Assembly: GCF_000007145.1 (NCBI RefSeq) | Contig: NC_003902.1 | Location: forward strand, 210,001 to 242,000 | DNA: 32,000 bases | DNA from: Xanthomonas campestris pv. campestris str. ATCC 33913 | Lineage (GTDB): Bacteria > Pseudomonadota > Gammaproteobacteria > Xanthomonadales > Xanthomonadaceae | Direction of reading: 5' to 3' | Shown here: positions 31,472 to 32,000 of the stretch, one piece after another | How the letters are laid out: every line of letters starts with the position of its first letter | Numbering within the stretch: position 1 is the first letter of the stretch | Translations under genes and position numbers: made by a program | Notes under the pieces: model-generated | What the model was told of the DNA's origin: nothing | The model's input: the letters and a program-made list of their open reading frames with translations, nothing else | Databases searched by the model: none

Positions 31472-31487
31472 TGGCATGGTCCCTGCT
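31472..31487 (+). promoter_or_regulatory. Sigma-54 (-24/-12) promoter of glnA
   Basis: TGGCAT-GGTCC-CTGCT versus consensus TGGCAC-N5-TTGCW. GG is at 31473-74 and GC at 31485-86, with exact spacing, about 47 nt before the glnA ATG. Confidence 0.8.
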
Positions 31488-31533
31488 GTAGTACCGCCCA
31501 CGAGCCACTTAACTCCTGCCGAGGTTTCTTCCG

Positions 31534-32000
31534 ATGTCCGTGGAAAATGTTGAAAAGCTGATCAAGGACAACAAGGTCGAGTTTGTCGACCTGCGCTTCG
31601 TCGATATGCGTGGCGTGCAGCAGCACATCACCTTTCCGGCCAGCATCATCGAGCCGGCGTTGTTCGAAGAAGGCAAGATGTTCGACGGCAGCTCCATCGC
31701 GGGTTGGAAGGGCATCAACGAGTCGGACATGGTCCTGCTCCCGGACGCGGGCACCGCTTACCTGGATCCGTTCTTCGCCGATCCGACCATCGTGCTGACC
31801 TGCGACATCCTCGACCCGGCCACCATGCAGAGCTACGAGCGCGATCCGCGCGGCATTGCAAAGCGTGCCGAGGCCTATCTGAAGTCGTCCGGCACCGCCG
31901 ATCAGGCGTTCTTTGGCCCGGAGCCGGAATTCTTCATCTTCGATTCGGTGCGCTTCGCCAATGACATGGGCCACACCTTCTTCCAGGTGGGTTCGGAAGA
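31534..32000 (+). CDS. glnA: Glutamine synthetase type I, N-terminal 155 codons (runs off the right edge)
   Basis: Own translation: [71 protein letters not shown]...[16 protein letters not shown]. gagg lies 9 nt before the ATG. The ORF track omits it because no stop lies in the window. Confidence 0.95.
   Translation, partial: MSVENVEKLIKDNKVEFVDLRFVDMRGVQQHITFPASIIEPALFEEGKMFDGSSIAGWKGINESDMVLLPDAGTAYLDPFFADPTIVLTCDILDPATMQSYERDPRGIAKRAEAYLKSSGTADQAFFGPEPEFFIFDSVRFANDMGHTFFQVGSE

Noticed and set aside
1-32000. Whether the window is a horizontally acquired island, prophage or defence locus.
   Set aside because: I found no integrase, transposase, phage structural genes, tRNA attachment site, toxin-antitoxin pair or recognisable defence-system genes. 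By eye, base composition is uniformly high-GC apart from short regulatory gaps such as 31320-31530.

Overview
High-GC gammaproteobacterial chromosome segment. Gene content and GTAG-type REP palindromes look Xanthomonas-like, but this is inference; no search was run. I call about 30 protein genes. I found no rRNA, tRNA, CRISPR, transposase or integrase, so this looks like core chromosome with repeat-rich intergenic spacers, not a mobile island. Left to right: patatin-like lipoprotein (partial); GYF-AIM24 protein; orphan ABC ATPase; membrane fatty-acid desaturase with an overlapping secreted EF-hand protein; a two-gene betaine/QAC-type ABC importer (short ATPase plus fused binding-domain/permease); a REP cluster; a class-V PLP enzyme divergent from egtB-egtD (ergothioneine core) plus DUF3253; a 1235-aa indolepyruvate:ferredoxin oxidoreductase-family fusion; secreted hypotheticals around an AEC transporter; a tightly coupled ParA-like/SixA/YceI/two-HKD PLD lipoprotein operon; a perfect (GATTCCC)14 microsatellite abutting a PaaI thioesterase start; a PlsC-family acyltransferase; a YheT-type hydrolase; a TPR + sulfotransferase-like protein; a compound microsatellite; two REP-bearing tandem arrays (280 bp x ~2.3 and 452 bp x 2) flanking a PEBP/YbhB gene; a META/DUF4377 lipoprotein; uppP; and the NtrC/sigma-54 control region with the 5' end of glnA. 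Best follow-ups: (1) the egt locus, with a candidate missing C-S lyase and a possible EgtUV-like importer; (2) the ParA-like/SixA/YceI/PLD operon; (3) the heptanucleotide repeat that could switch the thioesterase; (4) the 452-bp duplication, which starts inside the PEBP coding end and carries 317-bp elements bounded by REP arms. All family calls rest on motifs I read in the translations. No HMM or BLAST was run.
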